From: an uncultured Eubacteriales bacterium
Lineage (GTDB): Bacteria; Bacillota; Clostridia; Christensenellales; Aristaeellaceae
Reading direction: 5' to 3'
Length of the DNA stretch: 64,000 nucleotides
NCBI GenBank assembly: GCA_902773895.1
Contig: CACYGB010000013.1
Location: 1,050-65,049 of the forward strand
Position 1 is the stretch's first letter. Every line of letters starts with the position of its first letter. Below are positions 1-8,330 of the stretch, piece after piece. Position numbers and translations under genes: made by a program. The notes beneath the pieces are model-generated. The model saw only the letters and a program-made list of their open reading frames with translations, did not search any database and was not told where the DNA came from.

Positions 1-195
1 CACGTTATCGATGGGCATATGGCCGGTGTCGATGCCCACGATGTGGGGGATGCGGGAGTGCAGCAGGTTGAACAGGGGCTCCGCCAGGGGACGCATCATG
101 ACCAGGCCGTCCAGGCGGGCGCTGAGAAAGCGGTTCAGCACGTCCGGGTTGTCCGGCTCCTGCTCTGTGTGGATCAGGGGGATCACGCCGCCCTG
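1..195 (-). pseudogene. LacI/PurR-type regulator fragment: sugar-binding core only, with no HTH and no start, running off the window
   Basis: The minus frame reads ...GGVIPLIHTEQEPDNPDVLNRFLSARLDGLVMMRPLAEPLFNLLHSRIPHIVGIDTGHMPIDNV with strong GC3 bias. This matches the LacI-family pattern (xDGlIl ... iPvV.id ... v..DN). The co-phased plus frame here looks like antisense junk. The coding signal stops near position 200 without a start codon. Confidence 0.4.
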
Positions 196-459
196 CCGCT
201 GTACCGGGCCTACGCCCGGGGTTTTCTGTCCGTGTGCCGGGAAAGCCTGAATGAAACCGAGCTGGAAACGCTGCCCGACGGCGCCCAGCTGATGACGCCG
301 GAGTGCGGCGCCCGGTTCCTGATGGATTATTTGCCGGGCGATACGTACTTCCATATCGCCCGGCCGGAGCACAACCTGGACAGGACCCGCACGCAGATCC
401 GTCTGGCGCAGGAAATGGAGGAGCACTGGGACGAAATGCACCGGGCGCTGAAGCGGTAA
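196..459 (+). CDS. Unassigned coding segment (3' part of a gene, or a short ORF) ending ...FLMDYLPGDTYFHIARPEHNLDRTRTQIRLAQEMEEHWDEMHRALKR
   Basis: Plus frame 1 acquires genome-typical GC3 bias only from about position 200. It ends with a TAA stop at 457-459, followed by a rho-independent terminator. There is no convincing RBS or start. I did not recognise the family. Confidence 0.35.
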   Translation, partial: PLYRAYARGFLSVCRESLNETELETLPDGAQLMTPECGARFLMDYLPGDTYFHIARPEHNLDRTRTQIRLAQEMEEHWDEMHRALKR

Positions 460-478
460 CGCGCCGCCCTGCCCGATG

Positions 479-512
479 GCCGCCCGCGAACGAATGCGGG
501 CGGTTTTTGTTT
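479..512 (+). terminator. Rho-independent terminator
   Basis: Stem GCCGCCCGC / GCGGGCGG followed by TTTTTGTTT. Confidence 0.7.
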
Positions 513-544
513 GGTTTCCGCCGCCCCGCGCGGGGCGGCAAGCC

Positions 545-573
545 TTGAAAACCGGGGCAGGATGCGCTATAAT
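545..573 (+). promoter_or_regulatory. Consensus sigma-A-type promoter for the ACT/UPF0210 operon
   Basis: TTGAAA (545-550), a 17-nt spacer, then TATAAT (568-573), located 38 nt upstream of the ATG at 611. Confidence 0.65.
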
Positions 574-610
574 AGAAACTGCACCTTTATGGGAAGGGAG
601 ACAGGAAAGC

Positions 611-892
611 ATGAAAAACGGATCGAAAGCCGTTGTTACGGTGTTGGGTTACGACCGCAAGGGCATTATCGCCCGGGTGAGCAACGTCCTCTACGAGCGG
701 GGCATCAACATCCTGGACATCAGCCAGACCATCGTGGACGGCTTTTTCAATATGGTGATGGTGGTGGATCTGTCCGAGCCCACCTGCCCCTTTGATGAAC
801 TGCAGGACGCGCTGGCCGCCCTGGGGCAGGAGTTGGGACTGCAGATCCGCATTCAGAAAAACGAGATATTTGAAGCCATGCATCAAATTTGA
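611..892 (+). CDS. ACT domain protein (UPF0237 family)
   Basis: 93 aa. It has the typical UPF0237 N-terminus ([34 protein letters not shown]). An RBS (GGGAAGGGAG) lies upstream. It is paired with a UPF0210 gene, as is usual for this family. Confidence 0.85.
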   Translation: MKNGSKAVVTVLGYDRKGIIARVSNVLYERGINILDISQTIVDGFFNMVMVVDLSEPTCPFDELQDALAALGQELGLQIRIQKNEIFEAMHQI

Positions 893-906
893 CGGGGAGG
901 CCACAC

Positions 907-2259
907 ATGATTCAGACCAGCCAGATTCTGGAAACGCTGCGCATGATCGACCAGGAAAAGCTGGACGTGCGCACGATCACCATGGGCATTTCCCTGTTCA
1001 ACTGCGTGTGCGACGATACCAACCGCCTGGCCAGCCGGGTGTACAACCGCATTGCCCGCCAGGCGGAAAACCTGGTGAAGGTGGGCGAGGAGATCCAGCG
1101 GGAAATCGGCGTGCCCATTGTGAACAAACGCATTTCCGTGACCCCGGTGTCGCTGATCACCGGGGCGGTGGAGGATCCCCTGCCGGTGGCCCGGGCGCTG
1201 GACAAGGCCGCCAAGGAAACCGGCGTGGACTTTATCGGCGGCTATTCCGCCCTGGTGCAAAAGGGCATGACGGCGGCGGACCGGCGCCTGATCGAATCCA
1301 TTCCCCAGGCCCTGAGCGAAACGGATCTGATGTGCTCCTCCGTCAACGTGGCCTCCACCCGGGCCGGCATTGACATGGACGCCGTGCGGCTGTGCGGCCG
1401 GGCGGTGAAGGCCCTGGCGGAAAAAACCAGGGATCAGGACGGCCTGGGCTGCGCCAAGCTGGTGATCTTTTCCAACGCCGTGGAGGATAACCCCTTCATG
1501 GCCGGCGCGTTCCACGGCCCCGGGGAAGGGGACTGCGCGGTGAGCGTGGGCGTCAGCGGCCCCGGCGTGGTGAAGCGCGCGCTGGAAAACGTGAAGGGCG
1601 CACCCTTTGACGAGGTGGCGGAAACCATCAAGAAAACGGCCTTCCGCATCACCCGTGTGGGGCAGCTGGTGGCGCTGGAGGCGTCCCGGCGGCTGGGCGT
1701 CCCCTTCGGCATTGTGGATCTGTCCCTGGCGCCTACGCCGGCAATCGGCGACAGCGTGGCGCATATACTGGAGGAAATGGGCCTGGAAAAGTGCGGCACC
1801 CACGGCTCCACCGCCGCGCTGGCGCTGCTGAATGACGCGGTGAAAAAGGGCGGCGTCATGGCGTCCTCCCACGTGGGGGGCCTCTCCGGCGCGTTTATCC
1901 CCGTTTCCGAGGATATTGGCATGATCGAGGCCGCCGCCTGCGGCGCGCTGACGCTGGATAAGCTGGAGGCCATGACCTGCGTGTGCTCTGTGGGGCTGGA
2001 CATGATCGCCGTGCCCGGCGACACCTCCGCCGCCACCATCGCCGCCATCATCGCGGACGAGGCAGCCATCGGCATGATCAACAATAAAACCACCGCCGTG
2101 CGCCTGATTCCCGCTCCCGGGAAAAAGGTGGGCGATTTTGTGGAATTCGGCGGCCTGCTGGGCCGGGCGCCGGTGATCCCGGTGCATCCCTTCTCCAGCG
2201 AGGAATTCATCGCCCGCGGCGGACGCATTCCCGCGCCGCTGCATTCTCTGCGGAACTGA
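907..2259 (+). CDS. UPF0210 / DUF711 (PFL-like) family protein
   Basis: 450 aa starting [30 protein letters not shown], after a GGGGAGG RBS. This is the conserved partner of the ACT protein. I chose the start at M7 of the tracked ORF. Confidence 0.85.
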   Translation: MIQTSQILETLRMIDQEKLDVRTITMGISLFNCVCDDTNRLASRVYNRIARQAENLVKVGEEIQREIGVPIVNKRISVTPVSLITGAVEDPLPVARALDKAAKETGVDFIGGYSALVQKGMTAADRRLIESIPQALSETDLMCSSVNVASTRAGIDMDAVRLCGRAVKALAEKTRDQDGLGCAKLVIFSNAVEDNPFMAGAFHGPGEGDCAVSVGVSGPGVVKRALENVKGAPFDEVAETIKKTAFRITRVGQLVALEASRRLGVPFGIVDLSLAPTPAIGDSVAHILEEMGLEKCGTHGSTAALALLNDAVKKGGVMASSHVGGLSGAFIPVSEDIGMIEAAACGALTLDKLEAMTCVCSVGLDMIAVPGDTSAATIAAIIADEAAIGMINNKTTAVRLIPAPGKKVGDFVEFGGLLGRAPVIPVHPFSSEEFIARGGRIPAPLHSLRN

Positions 2260-2288
2260 CGCTGTCTCATCGCGAAGGAGGATGCCCC

Positions 2289-2900
2289 ATGAGTTCGTGC
2301 GTTCGTTGCGGCAGCCAGGAGGGGGAGGACGGGCGTTATGCCCGGGTGCTGACGGAATCGGAAATCATCAAAAAGAACGGTAGAAGAGTCCGGGAGATAC
2401 GGGAAACGCTGGTGGACATTGCCCACGTGGCCGTGTGTCCCCGGTGCGCCAGGCGGAAAAAGTGGAAAGAAGTGCTTTTGACGATTCCCATCACGCTGGC
2501 GCTGACGGCGGGAATGACGTTCATGGGCCTCTTTGCCGTGCGGCCCAACCGGAATATCCGGCAGGAGGTGGCATCCATGCCTACGGTGCTGCCCCTGGTG
2601 GCGGCGGTTCTGTGGCTGCTGGGCCTGTCGGTGTACCTGCCCAGGCCCGCGGCGCTCTACGCGGCGGAGATCGTGCGGAAAGAAACCGGCGGGCCGCCCA
2701 ACATGTTTCTGCTGCCCCTGAACAAAGCCTGCTATACCCGGAAAAGCCGTCCGCTGACAGCGGTGGATATTATGCACCGCACCGCGGCCAAAACCGGCCT
2801 GGCCGATGAACTGATCCCGCTGATCAGCGGGGAGGCGGACGAAGAAAGTGTTCAGGCGCTGATCGGGAAAACCTTCACCAAAGAAGAGCCGGCCCGATAA
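2289..2900 (+). CDS. Hypothetical membrane protein with an N-terminal CxxC...CxxC zinc-ribbon
   Basis: 203 aa with a [12 protein letters not shown]. It has CVRCG...CPRC motifs and then two or three hydrophobic helices. Confidence 0.6.
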   Translation: MSSCVRCGSQEGEDGRYARVLTESEIIKKNGRRVREIRETLVDIAHVAVCPRCARRKKWKEVLLTIPITLALTAGMTFMGLFAVRPNRNIRQEVASMPTVLPLVAAVLWLLGLSVYLPRPAALYAAEIVRKETGGPPNMFLLPLNKACYTRKSRPLTAVDIMHRTAAKTGLADELIPLISGEADEESVQALIGKTFTKEEPAR

Positions 2901-2924
2901 AGACAAAATCAACAGGAGAATGGC

Positions 2925-3827
2925 ATGAACGAAAACTTCAACGTACTGCATTTGCCTGACGAAATGCTGCATATCACCCTGATGGACGGCCTGGTGCGGG
3001 TGCTGATGTGCCGCACCACCGCCATGACCCGGAGGGCGGCGGAGATCCACCGTCCCTCCTCCACGGCGCTGGCGGCGCTGAGCCGCACCATGACGGCCAC
3101 CGCCATGCTGGGCGTGATGATGAAGGACGACGAGGCCTCCGTGACCGTCACCGTGGCGGGGGACGGCCCCATCGGCAAAATCACCGCCGTGGCCCACGGG
3201 GGGCGGGTGAAAATTTCCGCCCATCACCCGGAGGCCGAATTGCCGCTGAAACAGGACGGCCATCTGGACGTGGGCGGCCTGGTGGGCCGTCACGGCCGGC
3301 TGACGGTGATCAAGGACCTGGGCCTGAAGGAGCCTTATATCGGCCAGATCGCGCTGGTTTCCGGCGAACTGGGCCAGGATTTTGCCCAGTACTTCACCGT
3401 GTCCGAGCAGCAGCCGTCCCTGGTGGCTCTGGGATGCCTGGTGCACGAGGGGTACTGCCTGTCCGCCGGCGGCGTGCTGGTGCAGGCCATGCCGGGCTGC
3501 CCGGAAGAACTGATTGAGCAGCTGGAACTGCGGTCCGTGTTCTTTACCGCCATCAGCCGGGAAGTGGCCGACGTGCCGCTGGAGGAGCTGGCCAAGGGCT
3601 GGTTCGACGGCCTGGAAATGAAAATCGTGGGCCGGGAAAACGTGGCCTATCAATGCGACTGCAGCCGGGACAAAATGGAAAAAGCGCTGATTGCCTTGGG
3701 CAAAAAGGAACTGCGCCAGCTGATCGACGAGGACGGCCAGGCGGAACTGACCTGCCATTTCTGCCGCACAGCCCATCATTTTACCCGGCAGGAGCTGGAA
3801 GATTTGCTCGCGAGGGCCAGCCAATGA
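2925..3827 (+). CDS. hslO: Hsp33 redox-regulated chaperone
   Basis: 300 aa. It has the Hsp33 core and the C-terminal zinc switch CDCSRDK...CHFCRTAHHF. Confidence 0.9.
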   Translation: MNENFNVLHLPDEMLHITLMDGLVRVLMCRTTAMTRRAAEIHRPSSTALAALSRTMTATAMLGVMMKDDEASVTVTVAGDGPIGKITAVAHGGRVKISAHHPEAELPLKQDGHLDVGGLVGRHGRLTVIKDLGLKEPYIGQIALVSGELGQDFAQYFTVSEQQPSLVALGCLVHEGYCLSAGGVLVQAMPGCPEELIEQLELRSVFFTAISREVADVPLEELAKGWFDGLEMKIVGRENVAYQCDCSRDKMEKALIALGKKELRQLIDEDGQAELTCHFCRTAHHFTRQELEDLLARASQ

Positions 3828-5128
3828 CCAAGGTGGTGCCTTTTGAGCGGCCGGCGGCCTATTGGCGCGCGCACGCCCGGCGGCATGATACGCCCGATAA
3901 ACGCCCCGCGGCGGCCAAGATGCTGCGCAAGGCCCTGGAAAAAACCGGCGATCCGGCCACGGCCATGGAGCTGGCCCGGGTGTTCACCGCCATGGAATGT
4001 CCCACGGCGGCGGAGCGGTGCCTGCTGCGGGCGGTGGCCCGGGGCGGCCTGACGGGCCAGGCGTGCTACCTGATGGGCTGCTGCGCCCTGAACCGGGGGG
4101 AGGAAGCGCTGGCGGAGGAAGCTTTTGACGCCTGCCAGCGGCTGGACCCCGGCAGCCCGTGGGCGGATCAGGCCCAGGATACCCTGGAAATGTATCCCTG
4201 GATCTGGGAAAACGAAAAAAAGGGCACACACCGGGCGGCCTATCGCTGCCGCATGGCCCGGGAAGCGCTGCTGAACGGACGGACGGAGGAGGCGCTTGCC
4301 CTGGCCCGGCGATCCTGGAAGCAGGCGCATACGCCCCAGGGGGCCCTGCTGATGGGCGCGCTGCGGGAGGCGGAGGACGCCATTCCCTTCTTTGCCTATG
4401 CCGCCCGGGAATTACCCGGGGCGCTGCGGCCCCGGCTGCTGCTGGCCATGGCGTGCCACCACGCCGGGAAAACACAGGACGCGTTGCTGCACCTGCACTT
4501 GGCGCGGGCCCTGTGCCGCACCCTGAACCAGACGGAGGATTTTTGCGCCGCGGCCTGGCAGATGGAAATGCCCCGGGAAGCGCTGGAGGCGGTGAACGAA
4601 TTCCTGGCGGAATGGCCGTCCAGCGTGGATTACCTGCGGCTCAAATACCTGTGCTTCAAGCGGATGGGGCAGGACGCCGACGCCCGCAGGACGCTGGAAA
4701 CGCTGCTGGACATCGACCCGGACGACGCGGGCGGATTATGGTACCGCCGCCATCCGGAGGACTGCCGCCTGCCGGAAGGACGAAGCGTGCTGCTGCACGT
4801 GCTGGGGCATCAATTGCGCGCCGTTCCGGAACGCCTGCGGCCCGGTCCCCTGAATCGGCTGCTGCATTGGCTGGTGATGGCCCTGCGGGAGGACGTGGAC
4901 GCGGAGGAGATCTACCGCCTGGCCGTGCCGGTGTGGCGCTGCATGTCCCGGTCCGAGCGGTGGGCGTGCGACGAAGGAAAGTACCATTACCCCGCGGCCG
5001 TGGCCCTTCTGGTGCTCCTGCGGAGCGGAAAGGCGCAGCGGGCCCAGGCGCTGTTTGAATCGCTGCCGGGGAAAAAACGGCTGAAGCGGACGCTGAACCG
5101 GTGGACACGACGGATGAACAAGGAGTGA
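3824..5128 (+). CDS. TPR-like helical repeat protein (hypothetical)
   Basis: 434 aa. Its ATG overlaps the hslO stop (ATGA). The sequence is Ala/Leu/Arg-rich helical repeats. Confidence 0.6.
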   Translation: MTKVVPFERPAAYWRAHARRHDTPDKRPAAAKMLRKALEKTGDPATAMELARVFTAMECPTAAERCLLRAVARGGLTGQACYLMGCCALNRGEEALAEEAFDACQRLDPGSPWADQAQDTLEMYPWIWENEKKGTHRAAYRCRMAREALLNGRTEEALALARRSWKQAHTPQGALLMGALREAEDAIPFFAYAARELPGALRPRLLLAMACHHAGKTQDALLHLHLARALCRTLNQTEDFCAAAWQMEMPREALEAVNEFLAEWPSSVDYLRLKYLCFKRMGQDADARRTLETLLDIDPDDAGGLWYRRHPEDCRLPEGRSVLLHVLGHQLRAVPERLRPGPLNRLLHWLVMALREDVDAEEIYRLAVPVWRCMSRSERWACDEGKYHYPAAVALLVLLRSGKAQRAQALFESLPGKKRLKRTLNRWTRRMNKE

Positions 5129-5137
5129 AGGAAGCAC

Positions 5138-5968
5138 ATGCGCTGCATCAATTTTGACCGGGAATTTGAACGGTATATTGCTGCCTGGATGAAGGAACAT
5201 GCCAAGGAATACCGCACTTATGACGACATGGAAGCAGCCATGCCGGATGTGTACGCCCAGTTTCTGGATACGCCGGTAAACTGGCTGCAGGGCATGAAGC
5301 CGGGGGAATACTTCGGCCAGTTTGACAATGCCCGGCAGCTGGTGAACTGGATGGAGGATTATTTCAAGCAGCGCATTCCCGTTCCCGATATGCTGCTCAA
5401 CCGCATTTCCGAACTGGGCCTGGCGGCGGAGGAGCCCCTGCTGCGGCTGCTGGACAAGGAAAGCGCCACCCAGGAAATCCGCATGGCGGCGGTGACGCTG
5501 CTGCGGGAAATCGGCAGCGCGGCCCCGGCGGAGCGCTATGTGGCCTGGCAGGCGGCGCGGCAGGAAGGCGAGGACGAGCTGGCCGACAACGCCCTGGACA
5601 GCCTGGATTCCATGGGGGAGGCGGCGGTGGAGGCCATGCGCAAAGCGCTGCCTTCCGCCACGCCTGACGGGCAGGAAGCGCTTTTGACCCTGCTGTGCAA
5701 TTATCCGGGGGACGAGCAGGTGTTTGAAACCGCGCTGGAACTGCTGAAAAAGCGCCGGGACCGGGCCGCCGTGATGGCCGACTGCCTGGGCAAGCTGGGC
5801 GACGAACGCGCGCTGCCGGCCCTGAAGGCCCTGGCGGCCAGCGAGGAAACGCCGTACCTGGACTATATCGAACTGCGCAACGCCATCGAAGCCCTGGGCG
5901 GCGACGCGCCGGAGCGGGAATTTGACGCCGAGGATCCGGCCTACGAGGCCATGCGCAGCATGCAGTGA
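5138..5968 (+). CDS. HEAT/PBS-lyase-type repeat protein (hypothetical)
   Basis: 276 aa. It has GDERALPALKALA-type HEAT repeats, and an RBS lies upstream. Confidence 0.6.
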   Translation: MRCINFDREFERYIAAWMKEHAKEYRTYDDMEAAMPDVYAQFLDTPVNWLQGMKPGEYFGQFDNARQLVNWMEDYFKQRIPVPDMLLNRISELGLAAEEPLLRLLDKESATQEIRMAAVTLLREIGSAAPAERYVAWQAARQEGEDELADNALDSLDSMGEAAVEAMRKALPSATPDGQEALLTLLCNYPGDEQVFETALELLKKRRDRAAVMADCLGKLGDERALPALKALAASEETPYLDYIELRNAIEALGGDAPEREFDAEDPAYEAMRSMQ

Positions 5969-6031
5969 TTTTTTATGCCGGCAGGGAAATGCCGGTTTCA
6001 TTCGTTTTTATCCGGAAGAGAGGTGAAGGCT

Positions 6032-7900
6032 ATGGTATGCCAGCGCTGCGGCAATCTATTGCGGGAAGGCGCGACGGTGTGTGATCAGTGCGGCACGGAG
6101 GTGCCGTCCCGCTCCCGGGAAAGCGGCTCCGGCGGACGGCGGCAGGGCAAGGAATACAGGCCCTCATCCGGCCGCAACGGCAGCATGCAGCCCGAGGAAA
6201 TGTCTTCCTATTCACCCCGGCCGGAGGTGGAACGCCATCCCCGGCGGGACGGCGCGGGCAAGCCCGGCGTGCGCAAAGGCGCCACGCAGCCGGCCATCGC
6301 CGCCGCGGGGCAGAACCGGGTGCGCAAGGAACTGGCCAAGCCCGTTCACCGCATGATGGTCAACTGGGCCATGGTGGGTGCGGTGGCCATGGTGCTGTTG
6401 GTGTTTGCGCTGATCGGCGCTTACGTGTTTTTGAAAATGACCGATCAGGGCCAGCTGATCATGGCCCGCATGGGCAAGGACGCCGATGCCACGGCGCTGT
6501 GGACCTACGGCCAGGAACTGCTGGATGAAGGCCACGTGGCCCGGTCCATTGCTACGTTTGAAAAAGCCTATGAAATGGAGCCGGAACGGGAGGATCTTTA
6601 CGCCCGCCTGACCCAGCTGGCCGACGCGTACGAAGCGGCGGGCCGCACGGCGGACGCCGAAAGGATCTATACCGTGATGTACACCCAGGTGGACAAGGAA
6701 AACACCTACGCGTACCAGGAAATCATGCGCCTGATGGAGGCCCAGGGCCGGCAGATGGAGCTGTCCTCCTTCCTGAAGGTGGCGTATGAAAACACCAAGA
6801 ACGCCTTTTTCCGCCGCCAGCGGGAAGATCTGCTGCCCTCCACGCCCACGGCCAGCGAGGAAGCGGGCTCCCGGAAATTTGAGCAGGATGTGGAGCTGCT
6901 TTCCGCCGAAGATTACGATATTTATTACCTGTTCGGGGACGAGGGCATCCTGCCGGAGGACGGCACGCTGTATACCAAACCCATCCATCTGTCCGAAGGC
7001 TCCTATGTGCTTCGGGCTGTGGCGGTGTCCAGCGATCTGGTCAGCGATGAAATGCGGGTGACCTACACCATCACGCTGCCCACGCCCCTGGCCCCCGGCA
7101 TTTCCCTGGCTCCCGGCACCTATGAGCGGCGGCAGCGCATCTGGCTCAAGCATATCGAATCGGAGGATGAAACGCTGCTGCGGCAGAAATCCAACAAGAC
7201 CGAGGCTGAAAAAGCCATCCTGGCCAAGCTGTCGGATATCACCATCTATTACACCGTGGACGGCCAGACGCCCACCTCCAATTCGCCTATTTTTGACGGC
7301 GAGCCCTTCTACCTTCCCGCCGGCAGCTGTACGCTGAAGGCGGTGGCGGTGAACGGCTTTGGCAAGGTCAGCAACGTGCTGGAGCGTACCTACAAGATCA
7401 AAACGCCCTTCAAGAAGTTTTTCAATGAAGCCGATGTGTTTTCTGATTTCACCATCATGAAAACCACCCGGGACCAGTTCGTGAAAAAGTTCGGCAGTCC
7501 CAAATCCGAAAAGAAAACGGAGGACAGCACCGTCACCGGCAATACCATGCAGCTGACCTACGCCTGGGGCTACGCCAAATTCTGCCAGACGGAAGCGGGC
7601 AACGTGATCTACGCCTTCGAAACCAACAGCGCCTCGGTGTCCGGCCCCCGGAAAACCAAGGTGGGTATGCAGCGGGACGACGTCATCGCCCTGTACCGGG
7701 ATATGGGCCAGGCCAACGACCAGAACGGCGACCGCAGCCTGTACCACGACGCGCTGGGCATCGGCAAGCTCTATCACCTGAGCAAAACCAAGGAACGGTT
7801 GGATTACCTGTACTACCGGGAGGACAGCGGCATCGTTACCCTGAGCTATCATCTGGAAAACGGCAAGGTGGCCAAGATGGGCATGAAGTGCGGGTATTGA
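6032..7900 (+). CDS. Zinc-ribbon / single-TM / TPR protein with two chitobiase-type (Fn3_assoc-like) domains
   Basis: 622 aa starting MVCQRCGNLLREGATVCDQCG. An R/P/G-rich linker follows, then a TM helix (MVNWAMVGAVAMVLLVFALIGAYVFL), TPR repeats, and motifs of the YYTVDGQTPTSNSPIF type. I chose the start at M20 of the tracked ORF. Confidence 0.65.
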   Translation: MVCQRCGNLLREGATVCDQCGTEVPSRSRESGSGGRRQGKEYRPSSGRNGSMQPEEMSSYSPRPEVERHPRRDGAGKPGVRKGATQPAIAAAGQNRVRKELAKPVHRMMVNWAMVGAVAMVLLVFALIGAYVFLKMTDQGQLIMARMGKDADATALWTYGQELLDEGHVARSIATFEKAYEMEPEREDLYARLTQLADAYEAAGRTADAERIYTVMYTQVDKENTYAYQEIMRLMEAQGRQMELSSFLKVAYENTKNAFFRRQREDLLPSTPTASEEAGSRKFEQDVELLSAEDYDIYYLFGDEGILPEDGTLYTKPIHLSEGSYVLRAVAVSSDLVSDEMRVTYTITLPTPLAPGISLAPGTYERRQRIWLKHIESEDETLLRQKSNKTEAEKAILAKLSDITIYYTVDGQTPTSNSPIFDGEPFYLPAGSCTLKAVAVNGFGKVSNVLERTYKIKTPFKKFFNEADVFSDFTIMKTTRDQFVKKFGSPKSEKKTEDSTVTGNTMQLTYAWGYAKFCQTEAGNVIYAFETNSASVSGPRKTKVGMQRDDVIALYRDMGQANDQNGDRSLYHDALGIGKLYHLSKTKERLDYLYYREDSGIVTLSYHLENGKVAKMGMKCGY

Positions 7901-7938
7901 CCGGGGGCTTCTTCAGCTCCCCCAAGCGAAAAGAAACG

Positions 7939-8087
7939 CGGGGGCTTCTTCAGCCCCCGGACCCCTGAACCAGGACCCGCCGGGTCCTGGACCTGTTTTT
8001 GGCGATTTTGCACACTTGAAATAACAAACAATATGCGCCTGAAGCTTTTATGACGACAAGAGAGCTCCCGGGCAACAAGAAAACAGC
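7939..8087. repeat. Copy A of a ~150-bp structured repeat (inverted partner at 61077-61225)
   Basis: By-eye alignment to the reverse complement of 61077-61225 gives about 13 mismatches and 1 indel over roughly 150 nt. It contains the hairpins GGGGGC-ttcttca-GCCCCC and CCAGGACCCG-cc-GGGTCCTGG. A partial extra copy of the first hairpin sits at 7902-7925. Confidence 0.85.
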
Positions 8088-8163
8088 GGGGATTTCCGGA
8101 AAAACGAACAAGCTCGTTTTTCGGAAATCCCCGCTGTTTTCTCCTGTGCGCCTGCCCGGGAGC
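8064..8163. repeat. ~100-nt near-perfect hairpin, likely a bidirectional terminator
   Basis: The outer stem is GCTCCCGGGCA / TGCCCGGGAGC. The inner stem of about 27 bp is AAAACAGCGGGGATTTCCGGAAAAACGA / TCGTTTTTCGGAAATCCCCGCTGTTTT. T-runs are present on both strands. Confidence 0.7.
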
Positions 8164-8330
8164 GTCATGTTTTCGTTCTCTTTGCTGCTGCGGCATACAG
8201 CTTGGAAAAGAAGTCTTATACCATCCGCAAGTGGCGGGGTCCGGGGAGGAGTCTCCTCCCCGGCAGGGTCTGGGGCGGCGCCCCAGCGTTCTTTGGGGCA
8301 GCGCCCCAGCGTTCCTCCTGCATTTGCGGA

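Noticed and set aside
1434-3824. 796-aa minus-strand ORF
   Set aside because: It is antisense to the UPF0210 gene, the Zn-ribbon protein gene and hslO. It has no motifs and is a mirror-frame artefact.
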